Translations under genes and position numbers: made by a program | Part shown: piece by piece, positions 49,067 to 61,850 of the stretch | Position numbering within the stretch: position 1 is the first letter of the stretch | Layout of the letters: each line of letters starts with the position of its first letter | Notes under the pieces: generated by a model | The model's input: the letters and a program-made list of their open reading frames with translations, nothing else | Told to the model about the DNA's origin: nothing | The model's database searches: none | Assembly (NCBI RefSeq): GCF_001194135.2 | Contig: NC_068989.1 | Coordinates: 3,273,890 to 3,337,889 of the forward strand | DNA from: Octopus bimaculoides | Taxonomy: Eukaryota | Direction of reading: 5' to 3' | DNA: 64,000 bases

Positions 49067-50714
49067 CTGCAAAACAACAGAGAACAACACAACCCATTAA
49101 ATTTATTGGATTTTTACAGCTAAAAAAAAAAAAAAAAAAGAAATGAAAATCAATATTTTTCTAGAAAAAAAAATAGAAAAGAAAAAGGTAAAAAAAAATA
49201 ATGTAGAAATATAAAAAACATCAATGGTAGTAGTTGTGGTACTGTATGTTACCAGAAAGGGTATGAAGAAGACAAAGGCTTCAGCACAGTTATGGCTAAC
49301 TTGTGGCCTGCTGGAGTTTCTTGGATGGTATGCCTAACAAAAAATTACCTTGAATTGTTTAGGAGTGCATCCTGCCAGATGATAAACGTTATGTCTTATG
49401 CATCCTAATTCTTGAAAATGGTTGCCCACACCAGCTTCAGTGACGCAAACAAATTCTTCAGAGTAAAACAACAATTAGTTCTTATTTTCTTATTAGAAGT
49501 CTTTGCCGAGGAGGTTTAATAAGACTGAAACATGTCCCTTGTCTACACCAGTTGGTTTATTAAACTTGTCATCTTACTTCTTGATTTTAAACATCTGTAG
49601 AGGGAGTTTTGGTTGACCAATAACTGGGATAATACCAGTTGGTCAAGTTTTCCAATTCATTATATAATTACATATGATGAGTTACAGTAATTCTATTTTA
49701 CTGATTACAGAAGGATGATAAGGCACCAATGGGATTTGAACCGAGAATAGTAATTCAGCAAAAGGATGTAATTTAAATAGTAACACGCAATCTACCATTT
49801 CTGTCACGCCACTCTGCAACTAACAACAACAACAACTTTTGTCAAAGCTTTCAAAGCCTGCAGTGAGACAAACAGACAGACAGTGGGACAGATGAACAGA
49901 CAGACAACCAGGGAGACAAACAGACAGACTTAGAAAAGATTAAGATAATTGATGGTTAATTTGTATAATACTCAAGCAAGCTATATATAGATTGCGTTTG
50001 TGCTATGGACGATTTTTTAAATAAACAATCGTACATATTGTTTAAGAAATAATGCTATGCCACACAGGATGGGTTGCCTGACCACCACCGAAGAATAAAC
50101 ATGTTCAAATGAAAATATAGAAAGCAAATAAATTAACAGACAGAAAGGGGGGAAAAAAGGATAAACAGAAGAAGGGTTCCTCCCCTCAATTATATGACAT
50201 ATTGTATATTATTATTATTATTATAGTTCTATGGAAACCGTTGCGTGTCCTGGAATTATCATTAATGTGGGAGGTGGGGGAAGAAGCAACAGCCTAATGA
50301 CAGGGAAGGAAAAGCTGTTAGTAAACACAGCTTGGTAAATATGAAGAATCTCAATGAATAGATTGAAGTGGTGGAAGGATTGGTGAGGACAGACAAAAGC
50401 CATTTGGTGTCTAATAACATTATAAGCAATGGAGAGACGAGAGCACTTTGCAAGCATTGATTGCCAAGACAGAATATTGAAGTTCTTTCTTCATGCTACG
50501 AAGGGCTGATGGCAGGGGAAAAGAGTGTTATGTTAGGGGAAAAAAGGACGAACACGCATGATGTGGATAGATGGAGGGCGAAAGAGGAATTAGCTCCAGA
50601 AATGTGGGAGAAAATAGGAAGGATAAAGGAATTGGGAATGGCTTATCCAGAAGATTATTAAAAGTTTAACACAATTTGAGGAAGGACAGACGCTAAGAAT
50701 ATACATATATATAC

Positions 50715-50754
<40 letters not shown>

Positions 50755-52174
50755 NNNNNNNNNNNNNNNNNNNNNNNNNNNNNNNNNNNNNNNNNNNNNN
50801 NNNNNNNNNNNNNNNNNNNNNNNNNNNNNNNNNNNNNNNNNNNNNNNNNNNNNNNNNNNNNNNNNNNNNNNNNNNNNNNNNNNNNNNNNNNNNNNNNNNN
50901 NNNNNNNNNNNNNNNNNNNNNNNNNNNNNNNNNNNNNNNNNNNNNNNNNNNNNNNNNNNNNNNNNNNNNNNNNNNNNNNNNNNNNNNNNNNNNNNNNNNN
51001 NNNNNNNNNNNNNNNNNNNNNNNNNNNNNNNNNNNNNNNNNNNNNNNNNNNNNNNNNNNNNNNNNNNNNNNNNNNNNNNNNNNNNNNNNNNNNNNNNNNN
51101 NNNNNNNNNNNNNNNNNNNNNNNNNNNNNNNNNNNNNNNNNNNNNNNNNNNNNNNNNNNNNNNNNNNNNNNNNNNNNNNNNNNNNNNNNNNNNNNNNNNN
51201 NNNNNNNNNNNNNNNNNNNNNNNNNNNNNNNNNNNNNNNNNNNNNNNNNNNNNNNNNNNNNNNNNNNNNNNNNNNNNNNNNNNNNNNNNNNNNNNNNNNN
51301 NNNNNNNNNNNNNNNNNNNNNNNNNNNNNNNNNNNNNNNNNNNNNNNNNNNNNNNNNNNNNNNNNNNNNNNNNNNNNNNNNNNNNNNNNNNTGATGATGA
51401 TGATGACGACAATGGTGATGACAACTCATGTGAAAGTAAGGAGAAAAAAAAAACACTCTTAAAGAATTCAGTTATTTTTAGTAGGATTTGAACTTGGAGA
51501 AGAGAACAAGATTAGTCCTGTTTTAAAGCATTTTGTCAAGTGTTCTACTCTCTTTCCAATTCCAGCTCTGGCCACCATCAAGTCTGTACCTATGACTACA
51601 TCATTTAAGGTATCCATCCCTCCTTGAGAGAGATCTGGCTGCTATTTCTAACAGACAGAGAAACAGCATAAAGTCTCCATAACTTGATTTCCAAAAACCA
51701 CCGTTCCGAGTCTGGTTGCAAACCAGGGTGAGTGGGGGAGGGGCTTGGATTTTTCTCAGCACCCTCCCTTTGCATATCACTACTCCATGTCGGAATGTTC
51801 AAGTTGAAAAGAGAAAGTGAAAAACGAGAAGAGGAGCTGCTGTTAAGATTTGAAACCTAATCTCAATTATTGACTTCTATCTCAACCACCACAATTATGA
51901 CAAATATCCTGCTGATGATCAATTGCAAAACAGATAAAAACTCCACATAGGAATTTAAAAATGAAAATAAATCCAATATATAAATATATGGAGCAAAACT
52001 GAGTGATATCATCTGGTTCATAACTGACGAAGAATTCAGACTCTTCTGTGTCTCTCTTCCGTCCGTTTCTGTACTCAATATATGCTTTTCCATTCACCTG
52101 TGCATTCATTACGTTTTTTCTTTTTTTTACTTTTTGTTTGTGTATTTACTATGCATTTTTTAAGTTATATATAT

Positions 52175-52490
52175 TTGCGTGCCAACCACATGGTTCCAGG
52201 TTCATTCCCACTGCATGGCACCTTGGGCAAATGTCTTCTACTATAGCCTCGGGCTGACCAAAGCCTTGTGAGTGGATTTGGTAGACAGAAACTGAAAGAA
52301 GCCTGTCATATATATGTATGTGAGTGAGCACTCCACAGACATGCATACCCTTAATGTAACTCTCAAGGAGACTGAGTGTGACATAGAATGTAACAAGGCT
52401 GGTCCCTTTTAAATTACAGGTACAACTCATTTTTGCCAGCTGAGTGGACTGGGGCAATGTGAAATAAAGTGTCTTGCTCAAGGACACAGT
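52175..52490. mobile_element. Family A fragment (+) joined to a family D fragment (-)
   Basis: ccaaccacatggttccaggttcattccc...gaaagaagcctgtc, then gagcactccacagac..gtgtcttgctcaaggacac. Confidence 0.75.
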
Positions 52491-55400
52491 TGTAAGCTGA
52501 ATACCTTCACCAAGAACCCAAATTATGCTTAATTTGGGTGTTGTTGATATTCAGATTTTTTTTGGGGGGGGGTTCCATAATCATTATCACCATAGTAATA
52601 TCATACTGCACCATAAAAGTATGATGATGATGATGATGACTTAATATGAAATAATAATGATGACTATAGAAGTATGTGATGGTAGAAATGGCTTCTGATG
52701 GAGTGATGGTTGTCTGATACATCAATAAATGTTGAGAGAGAGAGTAGAAGGTGGGCGGAGGGGACGGAGATGTTAACCAACAACAGTAATAAAAGTGAAG
52801 ACAACAGGAAAGTCGAAACTAAAGTATTAAAAAAAAAAACCAAAAAAAACTTCCACCACCACCATCATCATCAAATGATAAAGAACTTGAAATAAAAAAT
52901 AGGAAAGCTAAAAAAAATAAAAAGAAAGATAGAAGCAGAGAAAGAGAGGGAAAAAATGTAGAGACAGAAGTGGTGGGAGGGGGTAAGAGAGGGGGTGGGG
53001 AGAGGAAAGCTTCATTAACCAAAAATCAATGGAATTAAAGATGAAGCACGGGNNNNNNNNNNNNNNNNNNNNNNNNNNNNNNNNNNNNNNNNNNNNNNNN
53101 NNNNNNNNNNNNNNNNNNNNNNNNNNNNNNNNNNNNNNNNNNNNNNNNNNNNNNNNNNNNNNNNNNNNNNNNNNNNNNNNNNNNNNNNNNNNNNNNNNNN
53201 NNNNNNNNNNNNNNNNNNNNNNNNNNNNNNNNNNNNNNNNNNNNNNNNNNNNNNNNNNNNNNNNNNNNNNNNNNNNNNNNNNNNNNNNNNNNNNNNNNNN
53301 NNNNNNNNNNNNNNNNNNNNNNNNNNNNNNNNNNNNNNNNNNNNNNNNNNNNNNNNNNNNNNNNNNNNNNNNNNNNNNNNNNNNNNNNNNNNNNNNNNNN
53401 NNNNNNNNNNNNNNNNNNNNNNNNNNNNNNNNNNNNNNNNNNNNNNNNNNNNNNNNNNNNNNNNNNNNNNNNNNNNNNNNNNNNNNNNNNNNNNNNNNNN
53501 NNNNNNNNNNNNNNNNNNNNNNNNNNNNNNNNNNNNNNNNNNNNNNNNNNNNNNNNNNNNNNNNNNNNNNNNNNNNNNNNNNNNNNNNNNNNNNNNNNNN
53601 NNNNNNNNNNNNNNNNNNNNNNNNNNNNNNNNNNNNNNNNNNNNNNNNNNNNNNNNNNNNNNNNNNNNNNNNNNNNNNNNNNNNNNNNNNNNNNNNNNNN
53701 NNNNNNNNNNNNNNNNNNNNNNNNNNNNNNNNNNNNNNNNNNNNNNNNNNNNNNNNNNNNNNNNNNNNNNNNNNNNNNNNNNNNNNNNNNNNNNNNNNNN
53801 NNNNNNNNNNNNNNNNNNNNNNNNNNNNNNNNNNNNNNNNNNNNNNNNNNNNNNNNNNNNNNNNNNNNNNNNNNNNNNNNNNNNNNNNNNNNNNNNNNAG
53901 TACTGGAGTTGACATAATAGACTTGTCACCTCCTCACAAATTTCAGGCCTTGTGCTTTTGTTAGAAACAATTATTATTATTATTACTGGGTGTGAGAGCA
54001 GTGCATGCCATTAAAGTGACACTGGGGTAAAATATACGAAGCCCCACCAGGCACATCTCCAAAGCTAATGGAAAAATACCAGTCATGTATTGGGGTCCAT
54101 TTAGCTAACTACATCACTACTTTAAAAATGTGCAGTTAAAAATCTAAAGAAATTGTCATTATCATTAGTAATTTGCATTTTAGATTCTGCCAGATAATAG
54201 AATATTAAAAATGAAAAGAGAAAATGCCAGACATAATAATTTTATCAGAAACATTTTCCATCTTTAATAGAAATAGCAAGTGAACACAGGACCAATTTAT
54301 TTCATGACCAGAGGTGGAATGGGCAGACGAAAGCAGTTGAAAATAGTTAATTCTATAGATAGCTTTTATTAGAATGGATTTTCCATGCTTATTAATAACA
54401 TGTTCAGAAATCTTTTATTAAGAAATTCCCTCTTTAGGAAAATTATTGGAAAAATGAAAAAAAACAACCCTTTGATTCACAAGCATCCCCCACCCCAACA
54501 CACTTTTTAGTATCGAAGTGAACCGACCAAGCTGACATATATGCTTTATAAAGCATTGCCCCACTCTACTTCAAAGGAACTCGAGCCAAAGAGTGACCTG
54601 TACGTGATCACTAGACCTGTTAGAAACAGCAGACAAATTCTCCTCAAACAATAACCAGCCTATCTATAAGACAAAGGATGTATAGGCCAAGGTAGTCTTA
54701 GATATATATTGTTTGTAAATAGAATGGCCATGGCTGGAAGTGCTCAAGACATACTCAGCTTGAGCAGAGCTGATCTGGGGCAAAACAACAACAATAACAA
54801 TGGTTGTTGTTATAAGACACCACCAGGGATGCCAGTCTCAAGTAAAGCTGTTCCTAAACAGGAAATCAGGAAAAGCTAGATATGTAATAAACAGATGGTA
54901 GACATAGAATGAAGGTATGGAGGCGAGATGATGTAGACCTCAACCGTAACCCATTACCTACCAGTGAATTCATATGAGATCACTTAAGAATTACAAATTT
55001 CATAATTATCTGTCAATATTTACACATATCCAACCTTTTTGCTATATCTACTAGGTATATTTCTCTGATATTCAAATGAGGTTTGCTAATTTTTCATCCA
55101 GTATCTTGCTTATTTCTATTTAAAATGTTATTTTGATCATTCCAGCGCGTTTCTAAGGCTGTTTTATGCTAGAAATCAAAGTTTCATAAAAAAATTCCAG
55201 TTAATAGAATTATGGGAGGTAATGGCTTAAGAGGGACCAGCATAAAGGGACAGAGAGAAGACAAATGATAAAAGTTTAAAAAACAAAACAAAAAAAAGGA
55301 ACATAAAAGTTGCTTTAACTTACGTAAACATTAAAAGAAAATATTCCACCAAATACAAAAACACGTTTCTATAGATATCAGTATTTTTACATATGTCTAG

Positions 55401-55754
55401 ACAGTCACATGGAGATATACGCAAGCAGAGACACAAATGTGGTGCATATACAAACATATGCCATTACAAAATGAAATATCATTTTAAGCAGAGCCCTTCG
55501 TTAGTATTTTATGGGTTTAAAATAAGGTTTGAGTGCAGATGGTTGAGATAGTAGGGTACTATTTAGACAAGCAATCAGCCGAAAGACTAACAGGTTATAT
55601 TCTGTAACTGAGACTGTGTTTATGGTCAAAACATTTAATTTTGAAGAAGAATTATTCTCTAAAATCCCAAATGAATCACAATGGTTTCATGTGATTGGTC
55701 AGTTAAACAATGTGGTATGGTTTTTTTTTTCCTTCACTCCTTGCTTGTAGATAA

Positions 55755-56045
55755 AAAGGGTAAAGACCCACTTTGCTTATGAATGACCATTGGATTGCAC
55801 TTGGAAAGTTACCCTCCCAGGCACAGGTCCTGGCAAGGTTGTTTATGGAAGACCAGCAGTCGCTCATGCATACCAGCCTCCCCTCTCCAGCCACTGATGT
55901 TATGCAAAGGGGCCGATACGGCTTGGCACCAGTGACGTTGCAACTCATGTCTACAGCTGAGTGAACTGGAGCAACGTGAAATAAAGTGTCTTGCTGAAGA
56001 ACACAACACACAGCCCAGTCTGGAGATTGAACTCACCACCTCAGA
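55755..56045 (-). mobile_element. tRNA-derived SINE family E
   Basis: ggtgagttcaatctccag B-box-like head, cttcagcaagacactttatttcacgttgctccagttcactcagc core, purine/pyrimidine tail. Confidence 0.75.
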
Positions 56046-56899
56046 GCCATGTGTCTCTACTAGTTTGTAATTAATTATTGCTGTTGTTAACTGCAAAAGG
56101 CCAACACAGATTGACTTTATGTGCAACAATAAAACCTGTTGAATGTTCACAGGTGTTCAGTTACTTCTCCAAGCAGCTCAAGAAACATACTTCCATTCAC
56201 CTTGGTGAAGGTAAAGAATACACACACCTGGTGTTTAGGGTCACGCTGAAAATGGGTGGTGTGCGTATTCTTTACCTCTGCCATCAACTCAACCAACCAC
56301 CACGGAGACATTAAACAAAACGGACAATAATCTCTTTGGCATTGGCAACAGCAACCTTGCCCCCTTGGCACCTCATATTTTCAGGGTCAAACTTGAAAGC
56401 GGTTCTCATTCCGGTAAAGGTGACAAATGCTGAGCTTAATGGTGCAAGCAGTAACAACCTTTTAATCCTTGCAGTCCCGTGTTCAATTCTTCCTGTGGGT
56501 CCAGTGAAGCAATGCCAGAGAAGCCACTCCAGCATTTGATCTCACTCACACAAACCGCCTGTTTCCGATTTGACAAAATATCTAGATTAGGTATGGGTAA
56601 ACTTTCCCAAGAAGCGGGCCGTATGAAACATGTCTCCTCATTAAGTTGTTTGACTTACTAGAAACAGCAGTTAAATATTCATAAAAATCATACCCCACTA
56701 TCTTAAATAAAGGACATCACACACGAACACACATTCACGAAACATAAGCCAGCGAGAAAGAGCAATTATATAAGTAACAGTAGTTTATTTCAGATAAAGA
56801 AGTTTGAAATATTGTTAAAAAGACGGTGGGTAAGTTTATCATCATAGTTTTATTTATTTATTTATTTATCAGTTTAAGGTTATCTGATAAAATATCAAC

Positions 56900-58294
56900 A
56901 ATAGCATTTTCTACACGCCTACCTCACTACCCCAACATAGAACACCAATGTAATCAAAGAAAGGGGTCACATGTTCGAGTATGAATGAGAAATTGGTACC
57001 AGAAGACAACTGGAGAATTCTACATGGGAAGTAATGAAGAAACAAAAACGAGTTAACTACGAAGTATCAACATCGGCGGTTCTTAACCGTGGCTCTCAGG
57101 CCCCATGCGGCCCTCAAATACCCTTTCAGTGTCTCCTTCACATTATTTTTTCACCGTCCAAACAAGGACAAAATAAAAAGAAGGTCGCATTTGCATTAAT
57201 GTTGTTCTTGGTAGACCGAATGTGTAAATAATAATAATTCAAAACCTGCTCGTTCAATGCAGCCTGGGGTTAAACAATAACAAACAAGCGTGCAATCATA
57301 AATGCGCGCGTGATGTTGTTGTATTCCACATTATTGAGAATGCCAACGATTCGAATTTAAAAACACCAAAATATAGTTTTTAATAACTTGGACATTCTCT
57401 CCCAAAAAAGACTAAAATACTTCTTTTGTCGGCACGTAACAAACTCGTGGAAAAAGACACAAAATACACGTGTAGTGTTTGTTTTAATTTCTTTTACAAG
57501 CAGCATCTCCCGCGCGAATTTTATCACGATGTAACTTAAAACTTTAATGATTCGAATGAATAAATTAAAGTACACACTTCACATACAACTTGCAATAATA
57601 GACAAATACACTTTTAAAGAACGAAAAAAGAAAGTAAAACACACAGTTCTATATATATATATATATATATATACATCAAAACAAATCCAGATTAGATAAC
57701 GGATACAACACAGACTCCCAAAATAGTAACAGAATTTCATTCATGGCAACAGAATTACCGAACAACTTCTATATAACCTTCCACTCCAATCATACATACA
57801 TATGTATATATATATATACATATGTATGTATATATGTGTGTGTGTGTGTATCGAACAACAGTTAAAATATAAGTACGTACATTTATGATGAGTGAAGGCA
57901 CATCGTTAGAATTGCTGTGTGCATTTTTAAAGAAAACCCTCAATCTCAAACTTTTGAACGCCAAAGTCTTCCTTAATTGATCCATTAAATGAAATTAACG
58001 GCAGGAATATATATGAAATCTCCGTATCTGCGGAACTCATACAAATACATATAAACGGGGCTGTCAGAAGGAAACGGTTTCCTTTCGACTATACACATAG
58101 ATAGAGAGATATAAACATGCACAGGACGCACCTTGAACCGAGAACCTTTCAAACTGAATATCCACATATTTCAGGCGACATTTGGAAGGGTCGTTGTGAA
58201 GCATAGATTAATAAATAATTCTGGAGAAAAACTTTTCACAGGAGACTGACTTTCTTAACAGAATTACTTGCAATGTGGTCAATGACAGCCTCCT

Positions 58295-58334
<40 letters not shown>

Positions 58335-58800
58335 TGTTTGTTTTAGCTGCTTGCTTTTTCTGTTCTCTTTCGCATCTGTTCCTCTGCTACTATCACCACC
58401 ATAAGCAATAGCTACTACAAACACCAACAGCCATTGTCACATAACAACCAAACAGCCGGTTCGCCTAACTGGCTGACCACCATTGCCACCACCAACTGTT
58501 AATGTCCAAACAACTGCGAGTCGTTTAATTAAAAGCAATTTCTCTTCCTCGCTGCCTTTGCTACACACTACAAGCAGCTTCGAAAAGTAACGCAAGCTTC
58601 TCTCACTCCACCATCATAGAAGAAAGACCAAAAACAGAAAAAAAGGCCTTGTGCGCCTGGAAAAGTGTCGAAGGCAGAGAGATGGGTGAAAAGTTGGTTT
58701 CGTCAAAACAACTTGGTGTTTAGCAACGGAACCAGGTAACAACTCAAAGAGCAACAGTGCTCAGCTTTGGCTGCAATGCTGCCCGAAGCCAAAGAAATGA
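56900..58800 (-). promoter_or_regulatory. CpG-enriched, SINE-poor region: candidate promoter / first-exon zone of the NOSTRIN-like gene
   Basis: Visibly more CG dinucleotides (gcgcgcg, cccgcgcg) than the CpG-depleted introns. Not counted computationally. Confidence 0.5.
58132..58167 (-). CDS. NOSTRIN: Candidate first coding exon: MWIFSLKGSRFK
   Basis: AUG preceded by an in-frame stop, AAG|GTGCGT donor in phase 0, joins in frame to GVNGFEELRK, lies in the CpG-rich zone. No transcript support. Confidence 0.5.
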
Positions 58801-58822
58801 AGTCAATATTCACCTAATGTAA

Positions 58823-59215
58823 AGCGGTGAGCTGGCAGAAACGTTAGCACGCCGGGTGAAACGCTTAGAGGTATTTCGTCTGCCGTTACGTTATGAGTTC
58901 AAATTCCGCCGAGGTCGACGTTGTCTTTCATTCTTTCGGGGTCGATAAATTAAGTACCAGTTACGCACTGGGGTCTATATAATCGACTTAATCCTTTTGT
59001 TTGTCCCCTCTGTGTGTAGCCCCTTGTGGGCAGTAAAGAAATAAGAAACGTTAGCACGCCGGGCGAAATACTTGGCGGTATTTCGTCTGTCTTTACGTTC
59101 TGAGTTCAAATTCCGCCAAGTTCAACTTTGCCTTTCATCCTTCCAAGATCGATAAATTAAGTACCAGTTGCGTACTGAGGGTCGACTGGCCTCCTTGTGC
59201 CTAGAGTAGAAAAGA
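58823..59215 (+). mobile_element. SINE family B tandem dimer (young, CpG-rich)
   Basis: Two consecutive units, each starting gaaacgttagcacgccggg. Confidence 0.9.
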
Positions 59216-60653
59216 ATATTCACCGAATGTCCCATTTAATCCATACTTACAACCAAGTGAACTGATTGCAAGTACGTGTACAACTGGAATCACAGGAACA
59301 CAAAACGCAGCAAAATATTATCTGGTCAGCCATTTTGCTACCACCACAACCACTAATACGATCTTGCAGGATATTAAGCTCTAGTTCCATTGTGTTGTTA
59401 TTTAGCTGTCCTCTCAGCACTGACCAGTTCTGTTTGAGCTGCTGATCTTTGTTTAAAGCTGTCCTTGTCCTGACCATATTTTTATATATCTTATAACTGT
59501 TGTCCACTTCAACTGGAGGAGATTTGGCTGCTATGTCTAACTATTAGCAAGATCACATACAGACTCCTATGCTGGTTCATGTTCAGTCCTGGGTACAATT
59601 GCTTGAAAAAAAAAAATAATAATGATAATAATAATGAAAGAACCATTGGGGCCTTTGTGGATTTGAACTGTTGATCAGGACTGACCTAGAGCAAGACAAC
59701 AATAGCAACTTGAATAATGGCCAGAACTAGAATCTGGATCTATTGAGAAATAGGACTTAAAACTGAGAAAATTGTTAGTCTCTGGTCTGACACTGACCAT
59801 TCCCAGATGGGAACCTATTGTTAAATAAATTGGAATCAGGGGTGGACTGAGAGTATTAAGGGCCCCTGGACATAACTGTCTGCCAGGACCCTTTGAATGT
59901 GTGTTTTAGTAGAGTTAACATGTAGAGTGCAGACCCCTCAGATCTCTGGGCCCTCAGGCAGTGCCCAATTGATCGATAATTAAGCAGACAAGTCAATAAG
60001 GGAACCTCTCTGTTAGAAATAGCAACCAAATCCTACAAATAAAATAAAAGACCAGAAGACAAGATGATCAGAGCTGCAACATATTTCATCCTTAAGTGTG
60101 CTGGGTCCAGGCTGACCTGGGGCTAAACAACAACAAATGACCGATCAATAATCCTGCTCGATCAGCTTAGTTCGTTAAGGAGGCGGCGTTGGTGCAGGAT
60201 TTGATAATAGATAAGTAATAATTGCTTCGTTAAAGAGTTTACTTTGGCCAAGCTGTTTATTATATCAAAACAATGCAGTTTATTCTAAGCAGTTGAACTT
60301 AATGATAAATAGACAATAGAAGAACACAAAGAATTTCCTTTTTACTTTCTCTTATATTTATGTATTTATTTTTGGTAACTGAAAATTAATGAGCCAGAAT
60401 TATTTGTTAATGTAAGGAGACACAAAGAAAATGTCCTTCATTCAGAATCTTACAAGGAACATAGATCTTTTGGCCACTTATCAGAAACTGGTACAAGATT
60501 GTCTGGTGGTGGTGTTTTTGAAAGAGTGGCATTCATTCCTATCCAAATCTCTCATTAACATAATATTAAGAAAACAGTTAAGTTAAGCACCACCCCTTAA
60601 AAGCTGTTCTCATATCTCACTTCTATGAATTAGGGCTGCAGTTTCCAATTATT

Positions 60654-60726
60654 GTCTTAATAACTGATGAGATGCCGGAGCAGAATTCTACCCCCACATC
60701 CGAAACTCTGAGTTTTATTATGGCAA
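60654..60726 (+). ncRNA. Type-I hammerhead ribozyme with intact catalytic core, GUU triplet
   Basis: TAATAA-CTGATGA-GATG..agaattct..CATC-C-GAAA, helix III ACTC-T-GAGT, U17 at 60714, TTATTA pairing with TAATAA, with further pairing beyond. Confidence 0.8.
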
Positions 60727-61429
60727 CCGAATAATTGTCACATATTATATTATATATATATATATATATATTTTCAGAAGTCAAACACATATAGTAATAA
60801 ACAAATGGATGGAAAGATATACTAAATGCATTGAATGCACAGATGAATGGAGAACAAACACTGGTCACAAATTCCTAATCAGCTATCAGTGAAGGTGTCA
60901 TGTGCAATTTCATACCATTATCGATAATATTGCATCCACCCTGGAGGCAACCAGCAAGAGAATTTGCTGGGAATGCGACCAAAACATAATAAAACAAGAT
61001 GGACAAACAAGGAGGAACAATAGACGAAAGAAAATAAATGAAATAAGCAGAATATGGCCTTAGGGTTAGGTGAAGACAAAAAAAAAAAAAAAAATTATAC
61101 ATATACAACAAAAAAAATCTGTGGGTTAGCAGACAGACAAGTGTGGAGTAATGCAAAGGAGAATGAGAACTGAGAGGACTCAAACAAACACAAGAGAAAG
61201 GTAGAGTGAAGAATTCAGATAAATATGACGGATTGGTTCAAAGGCATTGCAAAAAGTGAATGACACTGCATTAGATTGTGACCAACCAGATGGTAGTGGG
61301 AGGAAAAGTCAGAGGAGAGAAAGGGAGAGAAGAAAGGAAGGTGAAAGAAAGGAAAGAGACAGATTAGAGTTGCACAAAAAAATATCCCAAAAAATATTTC
61401 TGAAACAAGTAAAAGAATAAAAAAGTATT

Positions 61430-61850
61430 TCGTTTTTGGATTTGGTTTGCAAGATTTTTTATGTGATTTCGTGTGTTGAAGCATATTCTGTTGTGTCTGG
61501 GGAGAGTCATTTTCTTTTCGTGCCTTAAAATTTTAGGAAAATAAAAAATTTTAAAAAATAATAAGTGGAAATTTTAATGGTGAGTGTGTTAAATTTTAAG
61601 GCACGATAAGAAAATGACTCTCCCCAGACACAACAGAATAAAAAAGTAAGCCGCCATAATTGACCACTAGCTCCAAAGTTTTTGTTTTTACTATCTCTCT
61701 GTTTATTTCCTTGTGTTCCTTTCTGTTGAAGAGCGTAAGCTCGAAACGTAAAAGACTTTCTCACCTTCCCGAGCGTTAAACTAATACACCTGTTTGCTGT
61801 TTATACACCTGTCTTCGTCTTTTGTTTTTCTATAAATTTCAACTATATAT
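61430..61850 (+). mobile_element. Fold-back element (same family as 21781-21985) continuing into a Penelope-like tail
   Basis: About 50-bp arms near 61485-61533 and 61590-61638, then a hammerhead motif and a pyrimidine-rich tail ending in (TA)n. Confidence 0.75.
61719..61754 (+). ncRNA. 36-nt minimal hammerhead motif (A6U variant), GUA triplet
   Basis: CTTT-CTGTTGA-A-GAGC gtaa GCTC-GAAA-CGT-A-AAAG: perfect helix II with GNRA loop, ACGT palindrome, 4-bp helix I. Confidence 0.65.

Noticed and set aside
54962-54973. MNSL|GTAGGT as the first coding exon
   Set aside because: Phase-compatible, but only four codons and outside the CpG-rich zone. Weaker than 58132-58167, though not excluded.
57366-57395. 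MSKLLKTIFW as the first coding exon
   Set aside because: The only GT is in phase 2, which frameshifts the next exon.
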